DNA of 64,000 bases from Geosiphon pyriformis uo1 (lineage: Eukaryota; Fungi; Glomeromycota), in assembly GCA_016748015.1 (NCBI GenBank), contig JAAOMT010000352.1, positions 434,001 through 498,000 of the forward strand, given 5' to 3'. The first letter of the stretch is position 1. Every line of letters starts with the position of its first letter. Below the pieces are notes generated by a model. That model searched no databases, was not told the DNA's origin, and saw only the letters and a list, made by a program, of their open reading frames with translations. Shown piece after piece: positions 51,787 to 63,056 of the stretch. The translations under genes and the position numbers were made by a program.

Positions 51787-53155
51787 ATGGACACACTCAC
51801 TTATTAACAACTATATCAGTACCTATTGACACTATGTTTCAAGGAAATATTATCTCAACAGGAACAGAGTACCATACAAAAACAAGCCTGAAATTATTTT
51901 ATTCAAGACAACCAACTATATTAACAAAAACACCAAAACCACTTCAACTCATAATGACTAATCAAGGACAGTAAAAGAGAAACTATACTATATAGCATGC
52001 ACTCAGATCCGACTGCAGAACACTTTAACAAAGATGCTACTCTCGAAAGAACTCTAAACTTATACTATTGGCCAACAATATACAAAGACATTTTTGAATA
52101 CATGTTCAATTGTGATTCATGCCAGTGAAAAGAAGGAGCAAGATTAACAGAACCACTTCGACCCATTCCAGTTGGAAATGTATTTGATAGAATCAAAATT
52201 GACTTTGGTTGGACCTTTTTCAATTATATTCCAAGGAAATCACTATATTGCTGTAGCTGTAGATTATTTTACAAAATGGTCAGAAGCCAGAGCAATCCAA
52301 GTGGCTGACACCAAAACAGTAGCCGAATTTGTGCATCAAGACCTAATTTACTAACATGGATGCCCAAAAAAATTATTATTTGATCAGAGAACACACTTTG
52401 TTAATAATATGCTAACTGAACTAAGCCAACAGTTTGGAATAAAAAGACTCTTATCATTACCATACCACCCACAAATGAATGGACTGGTAGAATGATTTAA
52501 CAGAACACTGTGCAAAGCACTAGCAAAAATAAGTCATGAAAACAGACAAGAATGGAACTTATTTATACCTTCTGTACTCTTTGCATACCAAATATTGAAA
52601 CAAAATACAACTCAGTTCACACTGTTTGAACTAGTCTATGGAAGAAAAGCTATATTACCAATTGAACAAATGATACTATCATATCTAACAGAAACAATTA
52701 ATGAAGAAAATTTTGAAGCTACCTTATACCAAAAAATGTACCAGCTAATAAAAACATTGGAAAACAATTAAAAAACAGCAGCTGACAATATTAGTTATAC
52801 TTAAAAATGACAAAAAAAAAGACATAATAAACACTTATTAGAACAACCAATGGAATTCAAGATTGGAAACCAAGTACTGTTACATCATACAAAAGCTGAG
52901 AAACAGTGAAATAGAAAGTTTGACCCAAAATGGGATGGTTCATTTTACATACACAAAGCATTAGGAAATGGAGCTTACAAATTACAATTAGAAAACAGGA
53001 TTTTAAAGAAAGTAGCACATGGAAATCAGTTAAAAATTTATTATGCAAAACAGGAATCATTGTTATCAGTACCTCAACTAAGAACACAAATTTCATTAAT
53101 CAGACCAGAAGATATACCACAAGATCTGGAACCAATTATTATTATCGAAATGTAG
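51787..53155 (+). pseudogene. Stand-alone integrase ORF of D
   Basis: Own ATG (MDTLTY) 10 nt after the ORF1 stop, in another frame; HSDPTAEH/CDSC, DYFTKW, NGLVE, KWDGSF, LEPIIIIEM*; one internal frameshift; no chromodomain. Confidence 0.88.
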
Positions 53156-53218
53156 ATAATGAACAGCAAATTAAATTGGAGAATTCAAATATATATAGCA
53201 TCTGAAAAGCAGCAAAAA

Positions 53219-53968
53219 ATGATAGAAATTTCAACATGGACCTTTTAGATCAAATTTTAATTTTCTAAACAATTATTTGAAACAATTCAAAAATCGACAT
53301 CTCAAATAGAAATAACAATTGATAAAAAAGAGATACATTACAAAGATAAAAGCAGAAGAGAGGAAGACAAAAGTTCAATTAAAACTAAATATTCTTTCTC
53401 CTATCCACTGCCCAAAAAGCAATGTTGAAGGAAAAATTGCTTTTGGGTAGGAGGTGGAGAAGAAAGAGGCAAAGAACAAGAAAAAGATTACAAAAAAAGA
53501 TACTTGGTCCCTGAGATAAAAGAAATTAAAGAATTTTTATCTTGTGGAACCAAACTCCCCAAAACAGGGAAGTGAACACTAAACAACACCCAGGAATGGA
53601 AAGAAAGACTTTTGCCAGCCTATTGGTTCTACAAAATTGGAGAACAGCTTGACTTGAAAACACTATATGAAGATCTCAGCCAGAGAACATTCAACAAAGA
53701 AGCAATGCAACAAGTAGAAAAATTTATAAAAAGAAACAACTTAACCCTATATTACAAAGCAGCGTACCGACTATATGCTGCCTTCTAACATTGCCCAAAT
53801 GTACTACTAAACAGATCTATGAAAACCATAACAGTTAACAACATAGGATGAATAACCAATCAACAGTTCAAAAACCTACAAAAGATAATACTCAAGACAA
53901 CAATTGAATATTACACAAATAAAGCCATAATAACAGATACATATGGTTTCACAGAAGCTCAATTTTAA
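53219..53968 (+). pseudogene. ORF3 of D (about 250 aa, unknown function; alternative ATG at 53159)
   Basis: One frame (2) from ATG to EAQF* at the PPT; internal stops all revertible by T>C. Confidence 0.8.
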
Positions 53969-53982
53969 AAAGAGAGAGATAA

Positions 53983-55061
53983 TGTTACCCAAGTAGAAAA
54001 ACCAATCCAAAGTTATAAAGAAACATGACCAAAATGTGACATAACACAGAATAGCATGCAATAACATTAGATAACACGTTATAACATAAGATAACATGTT
54101 ATAACACAGGATAATACAGAATAGTGTGCAATAATATTGGATAATGTGTTATAATATAGGATAACATGTTATAACTCAGGATAATACATAATAACATGTA
54201 ATAACATCAGATAAACAGATTATAACATAGAATAACTAGCAATAACATAGAAAACAAAGCAATAACAAAAATAACAAAGCAATAGCTAGTGATAACAAGA
54301 CAATTAAAAGCAATCCTATAAAACCAAAAAAATGTATAAAAGCAAGTAGTTGTAAAAGTTAGAAAAAAAGACAAACAGATATATACAAACCTCTAAACAA
54401 AAATCAAATATCCATATCTTTTCATTATTTATTATTTTCCCTATTTCATTTTTTGAAATAAACCAATTATTAAAGAAATCAGAATCACAAATTCATGTTC
54501 TCAAACTTTGTAGAATTTATGTAAATTAATTTTTGTCTTATATCTTCATTCTAGGACAGATGCTCTTAGCATAAACACCTTGAACTATTAATGATTTGGA
54601 CCAATTGCTCTTGATTATGACAATTAACGATACTAATTTTTTTTTTTTCTTTTTTTTTTTTTTTTCTTATTTTTGTGGAGCAGCAACATAGTAAAATTGA
54701 CTGTCTGGGAATAGACTTTATGATAGCCTGATAAAAGAGGGAACCTTTTTCTAAGTTTTTGGATATTAATGTTATTTTGTTAGCTTACCAGAAGGGTGAA
54801 AAGACAATGCCAGACTCTAACAATTGTGTTTGTTAGCTCGGAAAAGAAAGCTCACATTTATAGAAAACATTGCAATTGACAAAAAACAAACTCTGTGCCT
54901 TATAACCAAAGAACTCAACAGGTAAATTTTCATCTAGGAATAGATCTTCAAAGACTGATAATTAAGACTAAAGCCAACAGAATTACGTGGAAGACACATC
55001 ACCAATAATTAAGAGCACCAAATGTTACCATTTCTATTATCTATCAAGTTTACTCATAACA
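53983..55061 (+). repeat. 3' LTR of D
   Basis: Colinear with 44828-45940. Confidence 0.95.
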
Positions 55062-55544
55062 CTATGATCAAGAACTATTGGTCCAGTGTATTTAAGTATC
55101 AATAACTATTAACATAAATTATTGATAAGGCAATAATAGATTGTGATTGTAATAAGTATTTTTATTGATATTTAATGTTTTCACTTTAAGTTATAAAATA
55201 CTATCATATAAAAAAATGGATTTGGAATTAAAACTGGAGGTTTTAAAACTAGAATTATGTCTTTTTTGCTTTTAATATTACCACTATATATACATAAATT
55301 TCATTGTATAAGATTTTTTGAATTTCTCAATTCTGTAATTAGGAATTCTGGAATTTTTGGAATTTTGTAATTTCTTGAAAGAAATTCTGAAATTTTGAAA
55401 TTTTGCAATTTCTCATATAAGAATTCTATAATTCTGGAATTCTGCAATTTCTTTAAAAAAACTCTGGAATTCTACTTTTACTATGTTTATTCTAATTGGC
55501 TAATTTATATACTAATATATAATTTTTATATTCTATAAGTAATA

Positions 55545-57403
55545 CTATTATTTAAAAGACAAAAAGTAGTTAATTTATTAATAATAAGAGATTTGGTAAT
55601 GATGTATTATATTGTTCTTTGAGTACTAATATTAGTTGTTTTCTTTTATTAGAATCAATAAATAGCAAGATAACTGTTTTTTTTATAAAGGTGGTTGCTA
55701 ACTTTATTAAAAACTGTGCTAGTGGTGGTGCCTAAGAGAACATGCTTTTGCCAAGTTGGCTGGCTGTTGAAATAAGATTCCAAAATAACAATTTGTATTC
55801 TCTTAGAGATTTTGTCCAAAGATTATTGTTATGGCCCCAAAGATACAGAGTTCTGAGAGTTTTTGGAGTTTTTGTTTGTGTTTTTGTGGATTGATTGAAT
55901 AGAATTCTACTTTCTGGTATCTAATAATATGACAGAGTAGTTGGTGAGAAAAATCTTGATTTCTTGTTAACTGTGGATTGGGCTTGCTCTTATGCAGCTA
56001 TTGTATTATTGGATTTGAACTCAGATTCTGTAAAGTTGGGCTTTGCTATTTGTTTTTCTTTTACTTGAGAGTACTATTGTGCCATGTATTTTTCAATTTC
56101 TCTATTGATTATTCAAAAAGTTTTAGCTATGGCTTGAGTGGTAATTTTTGTTGAGTATGTCAATAATTTTTGGTGTATTTGTTCTCCAATTCTTCTTGTA
56201 TTTATTGCTTAGCCTAGCAAACAGTCAATTTTTACATATAGATATTAACAAAAATTACTTTCAGCAATAATAGCTTTAAGTGATATTTTCAAATCTTTTC
56301 TAAAGTATTAAAATAATGCTTTTTTATATGGTAAATAATCTTTTTCTACTGTCTTAATGATTCCTACTTTTGTGAATTTCTAAGATGTTCTGTTTCTGTG
56401 GATTTTATAATTTTACAAAGAGCACCAAATATTATGAATAAACTAGATAGAATATGGTAATAACATTTGGTGCTCAAGATTTGGGTTTTTAGGGAACTTT
56501 TAATGGTTTTTTTTCAGTAGGCTTATTTGATGTATTAGTGTTATTAGTCTTTAAAGATCTGTTTAATTAATATGAATTTATCTGTAAAGTTTTTTGGTTA
56601 TAAGTTACAAAAAGATGTTTTGCAATATTGCAACTTTTTGTATGTGAATGTGAACTATTTTCTTCAAGCTAATAAATACAGTTATTAGGATCTGGTGGTG
56701 TTTTTTGCTCTTCTGGTAAGCTACCAAGATAATGTTAATATTTAAACTTAGAAAGAGCTTTCCTTTTTTACTAGACTATCATGAAGTCTATTCTTAGACA
56801 GTTAATTTTTCTATATTGCTGCTTCACAAGAAAAAATAAAAAAAAATAAAAAAAAAATAAATAAATTAGTATTGTTAATTACTGTAATCAAGAACAATTG
56901 GTCCAGGTTGTTAAGAGTTTAAGGCATTTATGTTAAGAGCATCTGACCCAAAACAATGATTAATATAAAGGGAACATAAGATGGTTAATAATCATATATT
57001 GATAATTTCAGATTTCAAATAGATCTTTTATTTTTCATAAAATATAATAGTTATATGGAAAGAAAATTAATTCTTTTTCTGACTGTTTTTCTAATTTCTA
57101 CAACTACTTGTTTTTATATATTTTTTTTGGTTCTACAGAATTGCTTTTTTAATTTTTTCATTTTTACTAACTATTGTTTTACTATTTCTGTTATTACTTT
57201 GTTCTTTTATATTATTATTAGTTATCTTATGTTTTAACTAGTTATTTTATGCTATAATATATTATCAAGTTTTATATTATGTTATCCTAAGTTATTACAT
57301 ATTATTCTGTATTCTTTTATATTATCCTGTGTTATTTTATGTCATCATGTTTTTGGTCACATTTTTTCCATAACTTTGGATTGGTTTTTTTACTCAAGTA
57401 ATA
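55545..57403 (-). mobile_element. Element G (family D), 5' part only: 5' LTR 56430-57403, PBS, gag N-terminus
   Basis: Reverse complement is homologous to D 44828-46800; PBS tttggtgctctttg just below 56430. Confidence 0.88.
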
Positions 57404-58650
57404 TTATCAACTTAAGAAATCATATTACTGATTTTAAAAACTATACAGTCAAAAAGAAGATTAACCAACTTGGTCTTAAATTTATTATAAAATAAAATAG
57501 TTTATTTTAATTAATCAAAAAAAAAATTCTAATACTATTTTTGTCTACTAGCATTAATCAATAAATCAAAGCAGATACAGCAGTATTTAGTTTCTTAAAA
57601 TAAACAACAATATATTACTAAACATCAACAGATTTTAGTACAATACAAACAATTTTACCAAAAACACCAAATGCTGTTTTAATATTAACAACAAACATAT
57701 TTAAAAACATATTATATAGTACAACAACAGCAAAAAAAAACCAGTCTTAGAAACTATTAAATATTTGGCAATCTTAAGAGTGGTCAAGTAAATAAAACTT
57801 ATAAATTCAACCAAAAAAGCAGTTTCTAAAGACTCTTGAAAAGCAAACTTCACACAAAAGAGCTTTATATTGTTTTTTAATACTGACTTTACACCTAAGA
57901 AACCATATATAGACTGGAAAACAGTCTTAACATAAGCCAATTTAATCTTAAAAGTAATACTAAATACTAAAGTAAAGGCCATTCTATCCAGCAAATTTTT
58001 AATAACTAGTAATAGTTTCTTAAACATTATTAATGGCAGCACTAAAAACCAGAGAAAAAATTAAGTTAGTTTCTATCTGATCAGCCCAGTTCTTAAAAAC
58101 AGATAATTTAACAAAAGACTGTTGTTTTGCTTCTAAAATTGGCAATAATTTGCCAAAGAAAACCACATTTAACAATACAGCCAATAATTAATTTTGGCCT
58201 ATTTTAAATGATATGTCAAATAATACAATAAAGATCTCATTTAAAATCTTATTAAAAACTACAAAAGAATTTAATATAACAATAATAAAGACAAACAATT
58301 GCTTTTACTTTTTGAATTTTTAGTCTTTTTGATTATTTTTTTAAAAAAAAAGTATTAACAGCATCTGATATAAAAATTACAAAAAAAAAACCAGCTTGTT
58401 AACTAATTTGTTATTAAAAAATTTGGGAGTCTTTAAAGAGATAAAGGCAACACTAGGACTAATTTAAGTGTATTTTTTAAGAAAACTTTAACTGATAAAA
58501 AACCAGTCAAAAATAAAAAAAATGCTTTAACAGCTACCAAAAGCAGCTTTTTACTATTACTAACTAAAAAAAAAGCTTTTAAAATATTCTGTCTAGTTGT
58601 TTTTACAACATAAAAAACTTCTCTGGTTAAAACTTTGTAAGATACCAAAG
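57404..58650 (-). pseudogene. LINE ORF1-like (RRM-type) fragment, interrupted by G
   Basis: VKTVFQSIYGFLGVKS..FCVKFA and IKTAFGVFGKIVCIVLK..YIVVYFK; homologous to the ORF1 remnant at 59000-59450. Confidence 0.6.
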
Positions 58651-58879
58651 AGAAAATACCAGTTGTAGCTTTTTTACTCTTTACTCTAATTGTGGTTATA
58701 AAATTAAAAAGACAAAAAGTTTTTCTAATTTTATTACATAATATTAACTATAATATTAAAAATAAAAGTAAAAAGTTTTTGAACTCTTATACTAATACCT
58801 TAAAGATAAAATAATTTAATTTTGAAAAGATATGGTTTTTTTTTTAGTTTATGTAATTTTGGTTTTAATAAAAATAATA

Positions 58880-61800
58880 ATGTTTTTAGTTTTTTACTAC
58901 CTTTGTTAACTGGTTTTATTTTGCAATTAGATCTTATGTTAAAGAAAAAAAAGTTTTGATTTGGTTAAATTATTTACATTAGACATTAATTTTGTAACTG
59001 TATTTAATAAAAATTTAAATAAAAAAGTTAAGTCTGTTAAAAAAATGTTTTATTAAATTAATAATTTTAGAAAAATATCAGTTTCTTAAAATTTTAAGAC
59101 ATTATTCGGACTTTGTTTATATTTGAAGCTAGTCTAAAAGCTATTAAGCAGTTAACTATAAAAAAAATTTTGGTTAATATTAATTTAAAAAAAATCAATA
59201 TTAGATTAGATTAAAAAATTATAATTAAGAAAATTTCAATAGATTTTCTTAAATTAGTGCTTAAATTAATATTATTTAAGTTTAATAAAATTGTTTTTAT
59301 TAAAATACAGCTTATTAGTTTTTAACAAAAAGCTTTAATCAAATTTAAAAGTTTTAAAGTTATTAATTTAATTGTTTTTAATAATTAAATTTGTTAAGAA
59401 AAAATTTAGTACATGTTGTCAAAGCCAATATTAACAAAGAAATATAAAATTTAAAAAACTACTATTATGCTTTCTTATATATTTTGTTAATAAGTATTAT
59501 TATTTATAATGTTTTAAGTTTGGTTCTAATTTATAATAAAAAAACTTGTTTTATGTTTTATAACTCTGTTTTTTATATACAAACATATTATGCTGTTATG
59601 TGTTTTGAGTTTGTTATAAATAAAAATACTGTTATTTATTTGATTTTTGTTTTTAAAGACATTAATTTAGTTTGGGCTGGTTTATTATTTCTTAAATATG
59701 TTATATATAGAAACTTAAATTATATTTTAAATATTTGCAAAAATAATCTCAAATTACCTGATTGAAATTTAAAAATATAATAAAAAATATCTTGTTTTTA
59801 TTTATGTTAAAAAACAAGTTTTTGTATCTTATTTAATTTTTTTAGTAATACAATCTGGGTTTTTATAATAAGTAATAGTTTAAAAACTTTTCTATTTATA
59901 TCATCTTCTAATGTTTTATTAATGAATATATTAGTTAACAATCTTAAAAATGATTTTATTATTTTGGTTTTGGCTTTTTATTAAATATAATAGAATACTT
60001 TCTGGAATTTTTTTAATTATATTACTAAAATTAACTAATTTTTTTCTTTTATTGTTGTTAAACCACATAAAAAAATTATTTATTTCTATTATTAACTTAA
60101 TAATAAACATAATTGTTAATAAGCTATTATCTATTTTCTTTGTTTTATGTATTGATTTTAGTATTTCTTAAAATATGTCTTTTAATATATCTAAAATTTT
60201 TACTGTTAAAATTAGTAATTTAAAAACTAATATATTGGTTTTAGAAGATTTAATTAAATTAATTATAAACAAATTAAAGTCTTTTAGTTTGGATAATAGT
60301 ATAGTATCTTTTTTTTGTTTCTAATAAATAACTTAACTTAGAAAATAGTTATATATAATATTAAAAATATAAATATTTTTATTAGGCAGAATAATATTGT
60401 TAGATAATATAAAAAATTAAAAAATAATATTTTAATTATTATTAAAACCAAGCTTTATTTTAGTGTTAAACCATAAATTATAAATAAGTTTACAGATATA
60501 AAAGTATTTATTTTTGGTTTGAATTTAGGTTATTTGAGTGTTAATATTATTTTAATTGTAAATAAATACTTAATTAAATATGTTTTAAAAATTTCAAAAA
60601 TTCTTAATAAACTTTTATTAATCTGTTTATTATTTAAAAACAAATAATTAGTTTTTGTTTTAAGTTTATATATAAAAACATCTTTAGAAAAGTGTTTAGA
60701 TTAAGCAACTATTATTAATTTCTTTGTTGTTAATGTATTTAATAAGAACATTTTTATTATTTTAGAAAATAATTTTAATAAAAATAGTATTAAGTATTGT
60801 TTTAGTTTCAAAAAATGTGTTGAATTTAATTAATTTTTTGGTTAATAATTTATTTTTTAAATTTCTTATATAAAAAAATTCAAAAATTTTTTTTTTTATT
60901 AATATTTAATGAGCAAGATCCAAACACTATCTAGTACAATACATCAAATAATCAATCTAAACTAGGCATAAATTATGCATTTTCTACACATGACCAGCCA
61001 CTCAAGCCAATTAGAACAACACTAAGCATCTATATAAACAGAAACAAAATCTTTAATATCTGAAAAAAACAAATAAAATTTGTGAAACTCAAAGCTAATA
61101 CCAAATGTTTCAGTAATACTGAACAATCTAACCACACTAATAAAAAGCACTAAGAGCAGTCCAGAGACTAAAACCAAAGCTAAACCATTATGTAATATCA
61201 GTCTATTCTTTTCCATAAATACATAATGCTTAGCATGGACAACTTAAATCTTATTTCTGAAAGCAAAACAAAAGTTATGCACAAAATCCACAATCTTTTA
61301 ACCTGCAATTTTTGCATTTTCAAAGATAAACACAGCTTTTTGAAGCTAATTATTAAAAACAAAGTCTTTACAAAGAACTATACACATTACCATATTTGAA
61401 ACACAGGAGAATAGCAACTAAAACACACATAAAGAGGAGTAAAGAAGACCAAAAAGCACACTCCAAGTAACTGCATAAGCATTTAACAATTGGTGGCAAA
61501 CAGAATCATCTACTATGCAAGAAAAAATATGATCTGAAATCTCAATATTATCACAATACAAACATAACATACTGGAGTAACTCCTGTCATACAAGTGCTT
61601 TTGAACAACTTCTAAAAATATTATAAAAATTATTGATTTTATTTTTATTTTATTTAACTTGATAAATACACTAATTAACAAAAAAATTTTATGTATAAAT
61701 GAATTTTTTAATATTAATTACAATATTGTTTATATTACTATTGGTCTAAACAATTTTTTAAATACAGTTTTAAAGACTTTTTATGTATAAATCAATAAAA

Positions 61801-62700
61801 ATCAATAAAAATTTAATATAAAGAATATTAATAAAGTAAAATATAAATTTTTTAAAGTTTTAATACTCAATATTGCTATTATGTATATTAATAATTTTAT
61901 TGCTATAAAAAGTTTTTAAATATAAATAGAATATAAAATATTGTTTATAAAATAGTCTGTCTTTTAGCAAATAAGATATTTTTCAAATTCTAGTTTAAAG
62001 ACTATAATAGTATCTTTATTAAATTTTTATCTTGTTTTTACAAATTAAAAACTTTGGTCTTTAAGTTGGTTAAAACATTTTGCTTAGTTTCAAGTAACAC
62101 ATTAAATTTATTTTTAAAACTTTGGCTTTTTTTTGATGTTAACAATATTTTTAAAGTAATAATACTTTTTAATTCAAATACTTATTTTAATATTATTTAG
62201 TCTGCTTTATTAAAGACTAAAAAGTCATATCAAGTTTCAAAAATAACAGAATTTTAGCATGTTAAAAAAATACATATTAAGTCTTATGTTAATAAAAAAA
62301 ATAAAAAATTTTGAGATAAACAAAAACCATATAATTTAAAATATTTTAGATAATTTTTTTTACAAAGTAGTATTAAATTATTTAATAATTAATAAAAAAT
62401 TGGTATTAAAGCTTAAATTAATTAGTCTAAAATAAATGTAATTATAGAGAGTTAAACAAAAAAGCATAAAATATTGAATGTAGTTTTTAAAATATAACAT
62501 CAAAAATATTTTTTGCTGGTTTATACAACAAATAAAACTTTTTTGGTATTATGTATTTTATTAGTTTTAGTAAATTGTTAAATTTAATTTTGGATCTGCT
62601 TAATAGAAAAGCAGCTGGTTTTTTTGGTATTCAAATAAATTATGAAAATATTACAACAAAATAATATTGAATATGTTTTTAAATTTTATAAACTTTTATT
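58880..62700 (+). mobile_element. Extremely AT-decayed LINE: ORF1, APE endonuclease and linker; interrupted at 60887-61607
   Basis: Near 60342, KIVIYNIKNIN..IIIKTKL (decayed IAT.NVRG..ETKL); after 61610, IIDFIF and INYNIV (decayed IDYIF and TDH..V). Confidence 0.7.
60887..61607 (-). mobile_element. 5'-truncated LINE insertion (C-terminal Cys/His domain, 3' UTR, poly(A))
   Basis: KHLYDRSYSSMLCLYCDNIEISDHIFSC; stop at 61022; T-run 60887-60897 reads as a poly(A) tail; degenerate duplication aattcaaaaa / acttctaaaaa on the two sides. Confidence 0.75.
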
Positions 62701-62706
62701 TAATAC

Positions 62707-62834
62707 TATTACCAATAATTATTTCAGCATTGAAATAAATAACAAACTCATAACTTAATGCTTAATAACTAGTTATATTGTTAATAATTTCTGAAGATTT
62801 TCGGATTTAAAAGTTTTAGTTAAGTTTTTTATAT
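62707..62834 (-). repeat. U5 end of another family-1 LTR, interrupted at 62835
   Basis: tattaccaataattattt..aaataacaaactcataacttaatgct matches the family-1 LTR terminus. Confidence 0.7.
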
Positions 62835-63056
62835 TGTTATGAGTTAGAGTAACAAGATAATAAATAACAAAAGAAAACAAAATTGTATAATAATAGAGTG
62901 GATCAAAAAAATTCAACTTCAAAGAGTGAATTGAATAAGTAAGAATTTAATGTGTAAGATCAGTTTCATAAAATATCTCAATTACTATATTTTTCAAAAG
63001 ATAACCAGAGAATCTGAAAGTAGAAAGATAGTTTGTACTATCAACAAATAATAACA
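62835..63056 (+). repeat. Possible short LTR of an unrelated element
   Basis: tgttat..ataaca ends followed by cactggtat (PBS-like); no second copy in the window. Confidence 0.3.

Larger units (their letters stand above)
44828..55061 (+). mobile_element. Full-length Ty3/Gypsy element D (10234 bp, best preserved copy) inserted in the 5' LTR of F; TSD CTAT
   Basis: LTRs 44828-45940 and 53983-55061; ctat at 44824-44827 and 55062-55065; PBS at 45943; PPT 53967-53982. Confidence 0.96.
35316..55544 (-). mobile_element. Ty3/Gypsy element F (family 1), complete internal region; 5' LTR split by D (44424-44827 + 55066-55544); probably a recombinant of two copies
   Basis: 3' LTR 35316-36269, PPT at 36270-36284, PBS just below 44424; the two U5 regions differ and the flanks are atat (X gag) versus ctat (G gag). 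Confidence 0.85.

Noticed and set aside
52930-53155. Chromodomain at the integrase C-terminus
   Set aside because: IN ends about 35 aa after the GPY/F-like module with LEPIIII; there is no room for a chromodomain and no YLVKW-type motif
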